Positions 1 through 10,579 of a stretch of 64,000 nt of DNA are shown one piece after another; position 1 is the stretch's first letter; the number at the start of each line of letters is the position of its first letter. The DNA is from Tagaea sp. Lineage in GTDB: Bacteria > Pseudomonadota > Alphaproteobacteria > CACIAM-22H2. The DNA lies in assembly GCA_965279525.1 (NCBI GenBank), contig CBDIIB010000004.1, positions 256,001 to 320,000 on the forward strand, given 5' to 3'. Made by a program: the position numbers and the translations under genes. The notes beneath the pieces are model-generated. The model was not told where the DNA came from, ran no database searches, and saw nothing but the letters and a program-made list of their open reading frames with translations.

Positions 1-239
1 CGCCCGGCAAGTGGCGCGGTACGGCGTATGGCGCGAAGTTCGTCCTGGCATTGGGCGTCGCGGCCGTTTGTGTTCCGCTGGTCGGCCAGATCTATGACAG
101 GACCGGCGGCTTTTTCTGGCTCTTCATCCTGCTCGGGGCCTGTGCGGCATTGGTGGCGCTGATCGGCGCCTTCCTACCGAGCGACAAGCCGGATCTATCG
201 GTGCGTCGTGCGGATGCGAGTGCCCAGCCGGCCGAATAG
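1..239 (+). CDS. MFS transporter, C-terminal part (truncated by window start)
   Basis: Hydrophobic helices and a G-x-IYDRTGGF motif typical of the last MFS helices; stop at 239. Confidence 0.7.
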   Translation, partial: PGKWRGTAYGAKFVLALGVAAVCVPLVGQIYDRTGGFFWLFILLGACAALVALIGAFLPSDKPDLSVRRADASAQPAE

Positions 240-246
240 CAGGGAG

Positions 247-1539
247 CTATTTGGACGTGCGTGCGAGTGCTTGCGCGAGATCGCGGATCAGGTCATCGGG
301 ACTTTCCAGACCGACCGACAGGCGGATCGTGTCTGGACCGGCACCGGCGGCGACCTGTTGCTCGACCGTGAGCTGGCGGTGCGTCGTCGATGCGGGATGG
401 ATGACCAGCGAACGCGTGTCGCCGACATTCGCCAAATGGCTGAACAACTCGACGCCCTCGACGAGCGCCACGCCGGCTTCGTAGCCGCCCTTGACCCCGA
501 ACGTGAAGACCGAGCCGGGCCCCATCGGCATGTATTTCTTCGCGAGTGCCCGATAGGGGCTGCCGGCGAGACCGGCATAGGACACCCACGCCACCGCCGG
601 ATGGGTCTCGAGAAACTCGGCGACGGCCTGCGCGTTCGCGACGTGCCGGGCCATGCGCAGGTGGAGCGTCTCGATGCCGGTGATCGTAAGAAATGCGTTG
701 AGCGGCGCCATCGTCGGGCCGAGATCGCGAAGGCCGACCGCGCGGGTCTTCATCGAGTAGCCGAAATCCCCGAATGTCTCGGCGAACTTGAGGCCGTGAT
801 AGGCGGGGTCCGGCTCGGTCATCGACGGGAACTTGCCGCCCGTGCCGAACCAGTCGAAGCGCCCGCTTTCGACGACGGCGCCGCCCATCGCGTTGCCGTG
901 ACCGGAAAGGAACTTGGTCGTCGAATGGAGCACGATGTCCGCACCCCAGTCGAACGGCCGGCACAGGAACGGCGTCGCCAGCGTGTTGTCGACCATCATC
1001 GGGACCTTGGCCGCCTTGGCGATCGCGGCGATCGGTTCGAGATCGACGATCGATCCGCCGGGGTTCGCGAGAACCTCGCAGAAGATCGCCTTTGTCTTGG
1101 GTGAAAGCGCACGCCGGAAATTCTCGGGATCGGCAGGGTCGACGAATTTGCAGATCCAGCCGAACTTCTTGAACGCGTGCATGAACTGCGTGATCGAGCC
1201 GCCATAGAGATTCCGGCTCGCGATGAACTCGTCGCCGGGCTCCATGATCGAGAAGAAAGCCAGAAGCTGGGCCGCGTGACCCGACGCGGCGCAAACGGCG
1301 GCACGACCGCCTTCCAGATTGGCGATCCGCTCTTCGAGGACAGCGACGGTCGGGTTCGTCAGGCGCGAATAGATGTACCCGAAGGTCTGCAGGTTGAAGA
1401 GCGAAGCCGCGTGGTCGACGTCGTCGAAGACATAGGCCGTCGTCTGGTAGATCGGGGTCGACCGCGCGCCCGTCGTGGGATCCGGTGCGGCACCCGCATG
1501 GATGGCCCGCGTCGCGAAATCGAACTTTTCCTCGGCCAT
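247..1539 (-). CDS. metY: O-acetylhomoserine aminocarboxypropyltransferase (Cys/Met metabolism PLP enzyme)
   Basis: PIYQTTAY, YSRLTNPT, HSTTKF (PLP lysine), HLANVGD..SLVIHPASTTH motifs. Confidence 0.92.
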   Translation of the reverse strand: MAEEKFDFATRAIHAGAAPDPTTGARSTPIYQTTAYVFDDVDHAASLFNLQTFGYIYSRLTNPTVAVLEERIANLEGGRAAVCAASGHAAQLLAFFSIMEPGDEFIASRNLYGGSITQFMHAFKKFGWICKFVDPADPENFRRALSPKTKAIFCEVLANPGGSIVDLEPIAAIAKAAKVPMMVDNTLATPFLCRPFDWGADIVLHSTTKFLSGHGNAMGGAVVESGRFDWFGTGGKFPSMTEPDPAYHGLKFAETFGDFGYSMKTRAVGLRDLGPTMAPLNAFLTITGIETLHLRMARHVANAQAVAEFLETHPAVAWVSYAGLAGSPYRALAKKYMPMGPGSVFTFGVKGGYEAGVALVEGVELFSHLANVGDTRSLVIHPASTTHRQLTVEQQVAAGAGPDTIRLSVGLESPDDLIRDLAQALARTSK

Positions 1540-1616
1540 TCTCTTGCCTCGCCGGTTGCAGAGCGGGCATGTTGCATGGCGCGGCCGGCAATTGGAAGGC
1601 TCGCAAGCGGGGACGA

Positions 1617-2816
1617 ATGGCCGAGTGGCGGCTTGTCGGCATACTATCCATCGGGCAGCTCGTCGTGTGGGGCGCCCTCTATTACGGCTTTGCGGTCATC
1701 GTCACGCCGATGGAGTCCGATCTTGGCTGGGCCAAGACACAGACGAACGGCGCCCTGACGATCGGGCTCCTCGTCGCCGGTGTCGCGGCGGTACCGGTCG
1801 GGCAGTGGATCGACCGGCGCGGCGCGTTCTGGCCGATGACGCTCGGCTCGATCGTCGGCGGGATGCTGCTGATCCTCTGGTCGTTCGTCGAAGCACCCTG
1901 GCAGTTCTTCGCCGTCTGGGCACTGCTCGGCGTGACCCTTGCCGCGACACTCTACGAGCCGGCCTTTGCCGTGATCGCCGCGAACGTCACCGAGTGGCGC
2001 CGGGGAATTCTCTACCTCACCTTTGTCGGGGGGCTTGCGAGCACGGCGTTCGTTCCGCTTGCGCAGTGGCTCGTCGAGTCCTGGGATTGGCGGACTGCGC
2101 TGCGGGTACTTGGCGCAATCGTCGTCGTCGTGGGCGGCGGCATCCATCTTGCCGTGCTTCCCGGCACGAAAGCGAAAGGGGAGGCCGCCAGGGTTGCCGA
2201 TGCGGCGGCGGCCGGCGCGCCGTCGGCCTTGCGTGCGGCAATGGCGCGGCCCGTGTTCTGGGGTATCGCCATTGCCTATTTCGGGTTCAATTTTGCGGGT
2301 GCCGCGATCGTCTTCCACCTCATACCGCTTCTGAACGAGCGGTCGGTCGACACGTCCGTCATCGTCGCGGTCTGGGCGACCATCGGGCCGATGCAGGTCG
2401 CCGGACGCGTCGTCCTCATGATGCTCGGCCACCGGGTCGACGCACGCTCGACGGGGCGTGTGGCCATACTGATCCTTCCGGTCTCGGTACTGCTGCTGGT
2501 CCTCGTCGGCGGCAATGCAACGATGCTGTTCCTGTTCGCGATACTCTACGGAGCTTCGAACGGGATGATGACGATCGTGCGCGGGACCATCGTCCCGGAG
2601 GTGATGGGACCGCGCGGCTACGCGACGATCAACGGGGCGTTAGCATTTCCGGCGAACACAGCGCGTGCGGTCGCGCCGGTCGGCGCTGCGGTCATCTGGG
2701 GCTGGGGTGGCTACGACGCGGTGCTGTGGGTGCTGCTGGGCGTATGCAGCTTCGCCGCGATCGCTTTCTGGATGGCGTCGATCCGTAGCGCCAGTGCTGC
2801 AAACAGCGACGCATAG
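1617..2816 (+). CDS. MFS transporter
   Basis: About 12 hydrophobic segments, GQWIDRRG motif A; start placed at ATG 1617. Confidence 0.88.
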   Translation: MAEWRLVGILSIGQLVVWGALYYGFAVIVTPMESDLGWAKTQTNGALTIGLLVAGVAAVPVGQWIDRRGAFWPMTLGSIVGGMLLILWSFVEAPWQFFAVWALLGVTLAATLYEPAFAVIAANVTEWRRGILYLTFVGGLASTAFVPLAQWLVESWDWRTALRVLGAIVVVVGGGIHLAVLPGTKAKGEAARVADAAAAGAPSALRAAMARPVFWGIAIAYFGFNFAGAAIVFHLIPLLNERSVDTSVIVAVWATIGPMQVAGRVVLMMLGHRVDARSTGRVAILILPVSVLLLVLVGGNATMLFLFAILYGASNGMMTIVRGTIVPEVMGPRGYATINGALAFPANTARAVAPVGAAVIWGWGGYDAVLWVLLGVCSFAAIAFWMASIRSASAANSDA

Positions 2817-2884
2817 GCTTCGGCCCGCAGGCGGCGCGCGTTTTCGACGTGATAAGCCATCAGTTCGGCTGAAATATCGCTCAT
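2711..2884 (-). CDS. Small protein, RSP_7527-like
   Basis: GAGGAG RBS; YHVENARRLRAEA..SLF motif; divergent from LysR; overlaps MFS 3' end. Confidence 0.55.
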   Translation of the reverse strand: MSDISAELMAYHVENARRLRAEAYASLFAALALRIDAIQKAIAAKLHTPSSTHSTAS

Positions 2885-2957
2885 GTCCATCTCCTCGATC
2901 GGATGGCCGATCTTGACCGCGATCCGCAATGGCGATAATCCGGCTTGTTGGACCAGT

Positions 2958-2980
2958 ATTTGTGAATAACGTTCATAGAT
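2958..2980. promoter_or_regulatory. Putative LysR recognition site
   Basis: Imperfect dyad ATTTGTGAA-TAACG-TTCATAGAT just upstream of the LysR start. Confidence 0.45.
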
Positions 2981-2993
2981 GGAGCCGGGCAGG

Positions 2994-3887
2994 ATGGATC
3001 GCACAGGCGAGATGGCGGCCTTTGTCGAGACGGTCGAGCGGGAGAGCTTCTCGGCGGCGGCGCGCGCGTTGAAGCTGACGCCGTCGGCGCTGTCGAAGCT
3101 CGTGACGCGTCTGGAGGCTCGCCTCGGCGTCAGCCTGATGAAGCGTACGACACGCCGGCTGTCGCTGACGCCGGAAGGCGAAGCCTATTTCGAGCGCGCG
3201 CGTCGCATCCTTGAAGACATCCGGAGCGCCGAAACCGAAGTGGCCGGCTTCCGCGAGCGCCCGCGCGGATTGCTGCGGGTCAACTCCGGCAACGCGTTCG
3301 CGATCCACCAGCTTGTCCCGGCGCTGCCGGAGTTCGCGCTGCGCTATCCGGACCTGAAGGTGGAACTGTCGCTCGACGACAGGCGCGTCGACCTCATCGA
3401 GTCCGGCGCCGATCTTGCGATCCGGATCGGCAGTGTCGGCGACGAACGTCTCGTATCGCGCAAGATCTGCGAGCTCAAGCGCATGATCTGCGCGTCGCCG
3501 ACCTATCTCGCCAGACGCGGCATCCCGCGAAAGCCGGATGACCTTGCACGCCACGACTGCATCACGATGGCGGGCATGCCGGAGCTCGCCCGCTGGCCGT
3601 TCCGCGGGGGAACGGTCGCCGTGAACGGACCTGCGACGGCCGACAGCGCCAACGCGGTCCTCGAGATGGGTCTGCGGGGCATGGGACTCGTCCGTTTCGC
3701 GGACTTCGTGTTTTCGGAATATGTCCGGGATGGCCGGCTTGTTCCGGTGCTGGTCGACCATCACAAAGGCGATGTGGTGCCGATTGCCGTCGTATATCCG
3801 CAGAGCCGGCACAAGGTTCCGAAGACGGCGGCATTCGTCGATTTCATGATGCGCCGCTTCGCGCATGCGCCGTGGCGCATCGAGTGA
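2994..3887 (+). CDS. LysR-family transcriptional regulator (CrgA/DmlR-like)
   Basis: N-terminal HTH SFSAAARAL..TPSALSK..RLEARLG..L..RTTR; substrate-binding domain. Confidence 0.93.
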   Translation: MDRTGEMAAFVETVERESFSAAARALKLTPSALSKLVTRLEARLGVSLMKRTTRRLSLTPEGEAYFERARRILEDIRSAETEVAGFRERPRGLLRVNSGNAFAIHQLVPALPEFALRYPDLKVELSLDDRRVDLIESGADLAIRIGSVGDERLVSRKICELKRMICASPTYLARRGIPRKPDDLARHDCITMAGMPELARWPFRGGTVAVNGPATADSANAVLEMGLRGMGLVRFADFVFSEYVRDGRLVPVLVDHHKGDVVPIAVVYPQSRHKVPKTAAFVDFMMRRFAHAPWRIE

Positions 3888-4022
3888 GGACAGGTCGGGA
3901 AGGAGGCGGCGATCCGCCATGTCCGCGACGGGCATGCGCGGCCGAAGACACGCGTCGAACGCGATACGGCCGTGCGTTTGCCGGGCATTGCGACAGCGAC
4001 CTGCTGGGGTACTGTCTTGACC

Positions 4023-4922
4023 ATGAATGATGCCGCCCGCCCGACATCCGACAGGAAGCAGGACAACATCCGCGCTGCGGGCTTTATGACGCTGTCGACG
4101 GTCTTTTTCGTGATCAACGACGCGATGATGAAGCTGATCGCGCAGGAGATGCCGATCGTCCAGGCCATGGCGATCCGGGGCCTGATGGTGACGCTCGGAC
4201 TTGCCGTCGTCGCCTACCTGACCGGCGCGTTTTCGCGCTGGCGGAGTCTTGCGGATCCGATGGTCGTCGGCCGTGCCGGATTCGAGACGGTCGGATCGTT
4301 CGCCTACATGCTGGCTCTTCCCCACATTCCGCTCGCGACGGCAGTGGCCCTGAACATGGCCACACCGCTATGCACGCTGCCGTTGGCGGCAGCCTTCCTC
4401 GGCGAACGGTACGGCTGGCGCCGCATCGCCGCGATTCTGGTCGGATTTCTCGGGGTCATGCTGATCCTCCGCCCATCCGTCGACGGCGTCGATCCCTGGC
4501 TCCTGCTGTCGTTCGGCTCCTCGATCTTCTTCGCGTTGCGCGACGTGTCGACCCGAAAGATCTCGACCGAAATTCCTTCATTGTTGATCGCGATCACCAT
4601 GGCGGGTGCAGTCACCTTCGTGGCCATTGTGCGAAGCGCTTTTGAAGGTTGGGTGCCGGTCGATGCCGGGGCATTCATGTTGTTGGCGCTGGCTTCCGTG
4701 CTTGTCGGCATGGGGTACACGCTCGTCGTCAAGGCGATGCGTCAGGGTGAAGTGAGCTTCACCGGCGCGTTCCGGTATGCCGCCCTGATTTGGGCATCGG
4801 CGCTGGGTTGGTTCCTCTGGCGCGATCTTCCCGATCCGGTCGCCTGGGGCGGGATTTCCCTGATCCTTGGTGCCGGACTCTATGCGCTGCACCGCGAACG
4901 CGTGCGCGCACGCAACGCATGA
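4023..4922 (+). CDS. DMT/EamA transporter
   Basis: 10 TM pattern, FLGE..GWRR motif. Confidence 0.88.
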   Translation: MNDAARPTSDRKQDNIRAAGFMTLSTVFFVINDAMMKLIAQEMPIVQAMAIRGLMVTLGLAVVAYLTGAFSRWRSLADPMVVGRAGFETVGSFAYMLALPHIPLATAVALNMATPLCTLPLAAAFLGERYGWRRIAAILVGFLGVMLILRPSVDGVDPWLLLSFGSSIFFALRDVSTRKISTEIPSLLIAITMAGAVTFVAIVRSAFEGWVPVDAGAFMLLALASVLVGMGYTLVVKAMRQGEVSFTGAFRYAALIWASALGWFLWRDLPDPVAWGGISLILGAGLYALHRERVRARNA

Positions 4923-5806
4923 GTACCGGCAATACCAGCGGCATCCTCGCGATGTCCGCGGCGATGGCGCTGTTCGTCGCATCCGACACGTTCATGAAGA
5001 CTGCCAGCGAAGTGACGAACCCTTCACAGCTGCTCTTCGTGCGGGGGTTGCTGCTTGTCTCGGTGATTTTTGTGCTGGCGTGGCGCCTGCGGGCCCTGGA
5101 ACATGTCGGCGGGCTGCTGCAGCCACGCACGCTCCTGCGCACGGTCGCCGAGGGGGCGGGCACAGTCGCATACGTCGTTTCGCTCGCCTATATCCCGATC
5201 GCGACGGCACTGGCGATCCATATGGCGACACCGCTTTTCGTTCTGCCGCTTTCGCGCTGGATCCTGGGCGAGCGGATCGGACCGGGACAGATCCTCGCGG
5301 TCCTCTGCGGCATGACCGGGGTGCTGCTGATCCTGCGGCCGACCGTCGAGGGGTTCGACATCTGGCTCGTCGTCAGTCTGTCGTCGGCGGTCATCTTCGC
5401 GTTGCGCGACACGCTCACGCGCACGATACCGGCGCAGGTACCTTCGATTCTGGTCCTGCTCGGCGGGGTTTCAGCTGTCGCGACGGTGGCCGCGGCCGGC
5501 GTCGTCGGGGCGGGGTGGGGGCCGATGGGCCTGCGCGAACTGGGCTGCGTCGTCGCGGCTGCCCTGTTCGTGGGTACGGGAACGCAGTTGATGATCCGTG
5601 CAATGCGGACAGGCGAGATTTCGGTGATCTCGCCGTTCCGCTATACCGCCATCGTGTGGGCGGTCCTGTCGGGCTTCGCGATCTGGGGCACGCTTCCCGA
5701 CACGCCGACCCTCGCCGGTATCGGCCTGATCGTCGCCGCCGGACTCTATTCGTTGCTGCGCGACAGGTTCAGCGCCAGAGACCGCGATCGGCAAGCCAGC
5801 GGTTGA
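4919..5806 (+). CDS. DMT/EamA transporter (tandem paralog)
   Basis: ATGA overlap with previous gene; ILGERIG, SPFRYT motifs. Confidence 0.88.
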   Translation: MSTGNTSGILAMSAAMALFVASDTFMKTASEVTNPSQLLFVRGLLLVSVIFVLAWRLRALEHVGGLLQPRTLLRTVAEGAGTVAYVVSLAYIPIATALAIHMATPLFVLPLSRWILGERIGPGQILAVLCGMTGVLLILRPTVEGFDIWLVVSLSSAVIFALRDTLTRTIPAQVPSILVLLGGVSAVATVAAAGVVGAGWGPMGLRELGCVVAAALFVGTGTQLMIRAMRTGEISVISPFRYTAIVWAVLSGFAIWGTLPDTPTLAGIGLIVAAGLYSLLRDRFSARDRDRQASG

Positions 5807-6812
5807 TGACGCCGGCGATGTCGGCGTTGTTCTTGTCCATCATCAGCATGTGGCTATTGCCGTTGATTCCGATCTGCGGAAGGTCGATGACCGAAACGTC
5901 GCCACCGATGGCCCGGATGGCGTCGAAATACCGCAGGCCGTTGCCTTTGATGATCGGCCAGCGCACATCCTGGTCGATATAGTCGCCATACACGGCAAGG
6001 ACGGGAACCGACTTCAGCTTCTCCACGTTCGCCGGTTCTCCGAAGCCTGCCGGCTCGACCGCGACGATCGCGCGCACCTTGTCGGGGCGGGATTCGGCGG
6101 CACGGAAGACGAACTGGCCGGCCTGGCTGTGCGCCAGCAGCACGCACGGGCACACGCGGTCGATCATCGCGACATAGGCGGCCACGATCGCGTTGTCTGT
6201 CGTCGTCCAGCGCGGCACGATCTGCTTGACGAAGCTGTCGTAGGCTTCGACGGGAAACTGGCTCCCGGGCAGGACCTCCTGGCGCGCATATGTTCCGGGC
6301 CCGCCGCCGATGCGGAAGCGCTCGTAGGCGTCGTGCTTGGCAAGGAACACCGGCGCGCCTTCGAAGGTCTGGGCCCAACCGGCACGGCCGCGTTCGACGG
6401 CGTCGGCGTTGTACACCGACCAGCCGCGACGCACGAAATAGTTGACCCACCCCTCGCGTCCGTCGGGCGTCGTCTCGTAGGTGACGCCCGTCAGTCCGCC
6501 GCCGTGCATCATCAGCATCGGCACCAGCGACCGGCGATAGCTCGGGATGAAGTACTGCACGTAGGCGTGCTCGACCGAGAACGTTCCGTTGGGATCGACG
6601 CGCGCCGGCACGCCGCCTGGCGTGAAGACGACTTCGCGCACCGGCTGTCCGCTGATCGTCACGTCGCGGCCGCCGACATGGAACGAGCCCATCTGGGCGA
6701 GTTGCAACGATCCGCCGTCCGAACCGCCTCCACCGCAAGCGGCAACGGCAAGTGCGGCAAGCAGTGCAGCCCCACGCGGGATTCGTCCCATCGAGCGTCT
6801 CTCCGGTTTCAC
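5769..6812 (-). CDS. Alpha/beta-hydrolase fold esterase, probable lipoprotein
   Basis: HGGG, TPDGREGW, AHSQAG nucleophile elbow, GNSHM; lipobox LAVAAC. Confidence 0.8.
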   Translation of the reverse strand: MKPERRSMGRIPRGAALLAALAVAACGGGGSDGGSLQLAQMGSFHVGGRDVTISGQPVREVVFTPGGVPARVDPNGTFSVEHAYVQYFIPSYRRSLVPMLMMHGGGLTGVTYETTPDGREGWVNYFVRRGWSVYNADAVERGRAGWAQTFEGAPVFLAKHDAYERFRIGGGPGTYARQEVLPGSQFPVEAYDSFVKQIVPRWTTTDNAIVAAYVAMIDRVCPCVLLAHSQAGQFVFRAAESRPDKVRAIVAVEPAGFGEPANVEKLKSVPVLAVYGDYIDQDVRWPIIKGNGLRYFDAIRAIGGDVSVIDLPQIGINGNSHMLMMDKNNADIAGVINRWLADRGLWR

Positions 6813-7258
6813 GAGGCCTGTTCCTCATGCTTCGGGGCATCGAGCGAATCGCCCCATGCCGCGCGCAACTCCGCCTGCCTCTGTTCGATCAGCTGGAACT
6901 GGTCGCCTTGCGTGCGCCGGTGCATCGCCCGGCCGATCGCCGGTGCTGCGAAAGCGACGACGAAGCCCGCACCGGCCGCACAAAGCGGGATGATCCAGGC
7001 CATCGGATCCGCCGTCGGATTGCGGATCGGGTCGAGCAGGCCGACCAGGATGACCGGTCCGGCGGCTGCCAGCGTCATGGCGCCGCCGCCGAGGGAGATG
7101 AAGCGTTTGCCGCCGCCTTCGAGGAGCCCGACGACGGCGCAAGGCGCGAAGATGCCGAACACGTAGACCATCATCGACGGCTTGAGCACGACGACGGCTG
7201 CGATCAGGATCGTTGCCGCGAGAATCGCGAAGATGATCAGAAGCGTGCGGAAGCTCAT
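6809..7258 (-). CDS. Hypothetical membrane protein
   Basis: Four hydrophobic segments; 4-nt overlaps with both neighbours. Confidence 0.7.
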   Translation of the reverse strand: MSFRTLLIIFAILAATILIAAVVVLKPSMMVYVFGIFAPCAVVGLLEGGGKRFISLGGGAMTLAAAGPVILVGLLDPIRNPTADPMAWIIPLCAAGAGFVVAFAAPAIGRAMHRRTQGDQFQLIEQRQAELRAAWGDSLDAPKHEEQAS

Positions 7259-9273
7259 TGTCCGACCTTGCCGATCTGGGAGAAAAGCTGGAACAGCACG
7301 GTCACGACGGCCATTCCGGAGAGGATCACCAGCGCGATCTCCTGGCCTTTTTCGCTGCCCATCCGCGCGGTGGTTTCGACGATGGAATCGCGCATGTCGA
7401 GGATGCGCTGGTTGGCGTCGAATTCCTGCTTGGCACGCGTGAACTCGGCGTTGTCGGCGCCGAACACGTCCGGATCGGTCGCGATGTCCGCGAGCCCCTG
7501 GATGTCGAATGCAGCGGCTGCGGCATCGGCCTTCGCCATCGTCTCCTCGCGCACTGCCGGATTGCGCAGGCGTTCGATCAGTGCTCGCGCCGCCGCATGG
7601 CAGATCTTGGTAAGGTGCGGAAGCTGCTTGCCCTTCGCCTCGACGACGATGCGCACGCCGAGCTTGAGGATCGCGGCCGCACGCCGCGGATCCTTGCCGT
7701 CAAACGTGCGCACGGCGCCCAGATCGGCTGCCGTGATGCCGCCTCGAGCACCCAGGAACGCGACGATGTGCGCGTCGGGCTCGAAGTTTCCTCGCGCCAG
7801 CCCCGCCTCGAACACGTCGAGGAGATCGCCGAGCGTGTCGACCCAGCGGCCCTGCACCTCGGGCGACAGGCACGGCGCGTCGGCATTGAGCTTGTAGAGC
7901 GCGCTTTCGAGCTTCTCGACGCCGTTCGAGACCCGATCCTCGAGATCGAGCAGGGCCTTTGCCGGTTCGTCGATCAGTCCGAGCGGCGTCGCTGCCTTCG
8001 CCCAGAGATGGACAAGGCGCGCGGAAAACAGCTCCTCGAACTGCTGGCGCTTGCCGCCGTCGAGGAGGGCCGCGTAAATCACGGCACCGGCGCCGTTCGG
8101 GAAAAACGACAGGTCGCGGTACCGGATGGGACCGACCGGGTCGAGGCGCACGGCTTCGCGCGCGAGGAGAACTTCCTTCGTCGCGATAAGCTGCGTCGGG
8201 CCGTCCTCGATATTGAGTGACAGGGCAAGCTGGATGTCGTTCGCCTTGATCCAGTTCGCGATTTCGCCGCGCTCGAGCGCCGTGGATGCCTGCTCGGGGT
8301 AGCGATGGACCGCGAAGGCGAGTTCGCGCGGCTCCAGGCACTGGACCGGGCCGATCTGAAGCGGCGACCCGCGCCGCGCCGACGGGCGCTTCTGCGGGAT
8401 CTGCGGCCGCCGGCCGTTGGTCCAGTCGGTGATGGCGGCAAGCGACCAGCGCGTCTTCACGTCGTCGTCGATCAGGGCCATGACCGGATCGAACAGTTCG
8501 CTGGGGATCTGCGACGTGTCGATCATGGCGCTGGTCGAGCCGTAGGCGAGGCGCCGCGCCATGAGCGCGTCGGGCTCCTGTCCCTCGCCGGGATACTTGC
8601 CCGTCGAGAAGCAATAGAGCGTCATGCCCAGCGCGAACATGTCGTCGATCGAACCGCCGATCCCCTTGCCGTCGGGTGTGGCCAGGGCGCGCTCGATCGG
8701 CTCGAAGGGGGCCGGCTGGTCGTAGCCGACCGGACCGAGCACGCAAGGGCCGAGCGCGAACAGCTGCCCCTTCGTGTCCTGGTTGAAGACGTTGTCGGGC
8801 CGGATGGAGCCGTGGATCTCGCCGCGTTCGACGATTTCGGCAAGTGCCGCGCACATCGGCTTCAGGAAGTTCTGGATCAGCGTGCGCGGTGCCCAGCCGC
8901 CCCACATGCGCCGGGGCGGTGTCGGGCCGACGGGCTTCTCGTAGACGAAGGCGTAGGCATCGCGCGTGCCATTGCGCTTCAGCACGCCCGCGTCGAGCAG
9001 GGAGAGCAGGCCCGAACGCGAGACGCCGCGCTGGCGCTGTGCCGCACGGATCCGGACCGAGCGGTCCGGCTCGCAGACGAAGGCAAGATGCTGGCCGTCT
9101 GGAAATCGCCGGTCGACCGCCGCATAGGCCTTGGCACCCGGGCGATCGAACGTGGACAGCGGCGTACCGAGATCGACGACGATGTGCTCGCCGAGGTCGG
9201 CGCCATTGACGACGCCGGCCGGCGCGTCGGCGGCGCGTGTCAGGGGGCGGCTGTTGATGAAGGGACGCAGCAA
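7255..9273 (-). CDS. Ser/Thr protein-kinase-like protein with degenerate catalytic motifs and C-terminal TM
   Basis: HGSIRPDNVF (catalytic-loop position), FEPIER, DDMFALGMT subdomain IX; C-terminal hydrophobic helix. Confidence 0.75.
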   Translation of the reverse strand: MLRPFINSRPLTRAADAPAGVVNGADLGEHIVVDLGTPLSTFDRPGAKAYAAVDRRFPDGQHLAFVCEPDRSVRIRAAQRQRGVSRSGLLSLLDAGVLKRNGTRDAYAFVYEKPVGPTPPRRMWGGWAPRTLIQNFLKPMCAALAEIVERGEIHGSIRPDNVFNQDTKGQLFALGPCVLGPVGYDQPAPFEPIERALATPDGKGIGGSIDDMFALGMTLYCFSTGKYPGEGQEPDALMARRLAYGSTSAMIDTSQIPSELFDPVMALIDDDVKTRWSLAAITDWTNGRRPQIPQKRPSARRGSPLQIGPVQCLEPRELAFAVHRYPEQASTALERGEIANWIKANDIQLALSLNIEDGPTQLIATKEVLLAREAVRLDPVGPIRYRDLSFFPNGAGAVIYAALLDGGKRQQFEELFSARLVHLWAKAATPLGLIDEPAKALLDLEDRVSNGVEKLESALYKLNADAPCLSPEVQGRWVDTLGDLLDVFEAGLARGNFEPDAHIVAFLGARGGITAADLGAVRTFDGKDPRRAAAILKLGVRIVVEAKGKQLPHLTKICHAAARALIERLRNPAVREETMAKADAAAAAFDIQGLADIATDPDVFGADNAEFTRAKQEFDANQRILDMRDSIVETTARMGSEKGQEIALVILSGMAVVTVLFQLFSQIGKVGQ

Positions 9274-9322
9274 GGGCTGTCGAACTCGACGCGGTGAACG
9301 GCGTCCGTAGCGTGCGCCAAAC

Positions 9323-9350
9323 CCCGGGCCGGCGCAATGGCCGGCCCGGG
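9323..9350 (-). terminator. GC-rich hairpin downstream of icd
   Basis: CCCGGGCCGGC-N6-GCCGGCCCGGG followed by a short T run on the minus strand. Confidence 0.5.
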
Positions 9351-9364
9351 ATGCAGGTGGCGGC

Positions 9365-10579
9365 TCAGTTCATCGCCTTGTGGAGGTTCTGCTCGATCTT
9401 CTCGAGGAACTTCGACGTCGACAGGTAGGGCTGGTCGGGCGAGATCAGCGTGGCGAGATCCTTGGTCATGGACCCGGCTTCGACCGTCTCGACGCACACG
9501 CGCTCGAGCGTCTTGGCGAACAGGCACACTTCGGGGGTCTTGTCGAACTGGCCGCGATACCAGATGCCGCGCGTCCAGGCGAAGATCGACGCGATCGGGT
9601 TCGTCGACGTCTCCTTGCCCTTCTGGTGTTCGCGGTAGTGGCGCGTGACCGTGCCGTGTGCGGCTTCGGACTCGATGCACTGGCCGTCCGGCGTGGTGAG
9701 CACCGACGTCATCAGGCCGAGCGAGCCGTAACCCTGCGCCACCGTGTCGGACTGGACGTCGCCGTCGTAGTTCTTCGTCGCCCACAGGAAGTTGCCCGGC
9801 CACTTGAGCGCCGAGGCGACCATGTCGTCGATCAGGCGGTGCTCGTAGATGAGGCCCTTCTCCTTGAAGCGGTCCTTGAACTCGGCGTCGAAGATCTCCT
9901 GGAAGATGTCCTTGAAGCGCCCGTCGTAGATCTTGAGGATCGTGTTCTTCGTCGAGAGATAGACCGGGTAGCCGCGGTTCAGGCCGTAGTTGAAGCATGC
10001 GCGCGCGAACCCGCGGATGGATTCGTCGACGTTGTACATGGCCAGCGCCACGCCGGGGCCGGGGAAGTCGAACACCTGGTGGCGGATGTTCGTCTCGCCG
10101 TCCTTCGAGGTGAAGGTGATGGACAGCTTGCCGGCCGAGGGCACGATGAAGTCGGTCGCGCGATACTGGTCGCCGAACGAGTGGCGGCCGATCACGATCG
10201 GCGCCGTCCAGCCCGGGATCAGGCGCGGCACGTTCTTGCAGATGATCGGCTCGCGGAAGATGGTGCCATCGAGGATGTTGCGGATCGTCCCGTTGGGGGA
10301 GCGCCACATCTGCTTCAGGTTGAATTCCTTGACCCGGCCTTCATCGGCCGTGATCGTCGCGCACTTCACGCCGACCTTGTGCTGGCGGATCGCATGTGCG
10401 GAATCCACGGTCACCTGGTCGTCGGTCTTGTCGCGGTTCTCGATCCCGAGATCGTAGTATTTGAGGTCGACGTCCAGGAACGGCGTGATCAGCCGCTCGC
10501 GGATCATCTTCCAGATGATACGGGTCATTTCGTCGCCATCGAGCTCGACGATCGGATTGGCGACCTTTATCTTTTTCAT
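9365..10579 (-). CDS. icd: NADP-dependent isocitrate dehydrogenase
   Basis: [45 protein letters not shown]. Confidence 0.97.
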   Translation of the reverse strand: MKKIKVANPIVELDGDEMTRIIWKMIRERLITPFLDVDLKYYDLGIENRDKTDDQVTVDSAHAIRQHKVGVKCATITADEGRVKEFNLKQMWRSPNGTIRNILDGTIFREPIICKNVPRLIPGWTAPIVIGRHSFGDQYRATDFIVPSAGKLSITFTSKDGETNIRHQVFDFPGPGVALAMYNVDESIRGFARACFNYGLNRGYPVYLSTKNTILKIYDGRFKDIFQEIFDAEFKDRFKEKGLIYEHRLIDDMVASALKWPGNFLWATKNYDGDVQSDTVAQGYGSLGLMTSVLTTPDGQCIESEAAHGTVTRHYREHQKGKETSTNPIASIFAWTRGIWYRGQFDKTPEVCLFAKTLERVCVETVEAGSMTKDLATLISPDQPYLSTSKFLEKIEQNLHKAMN

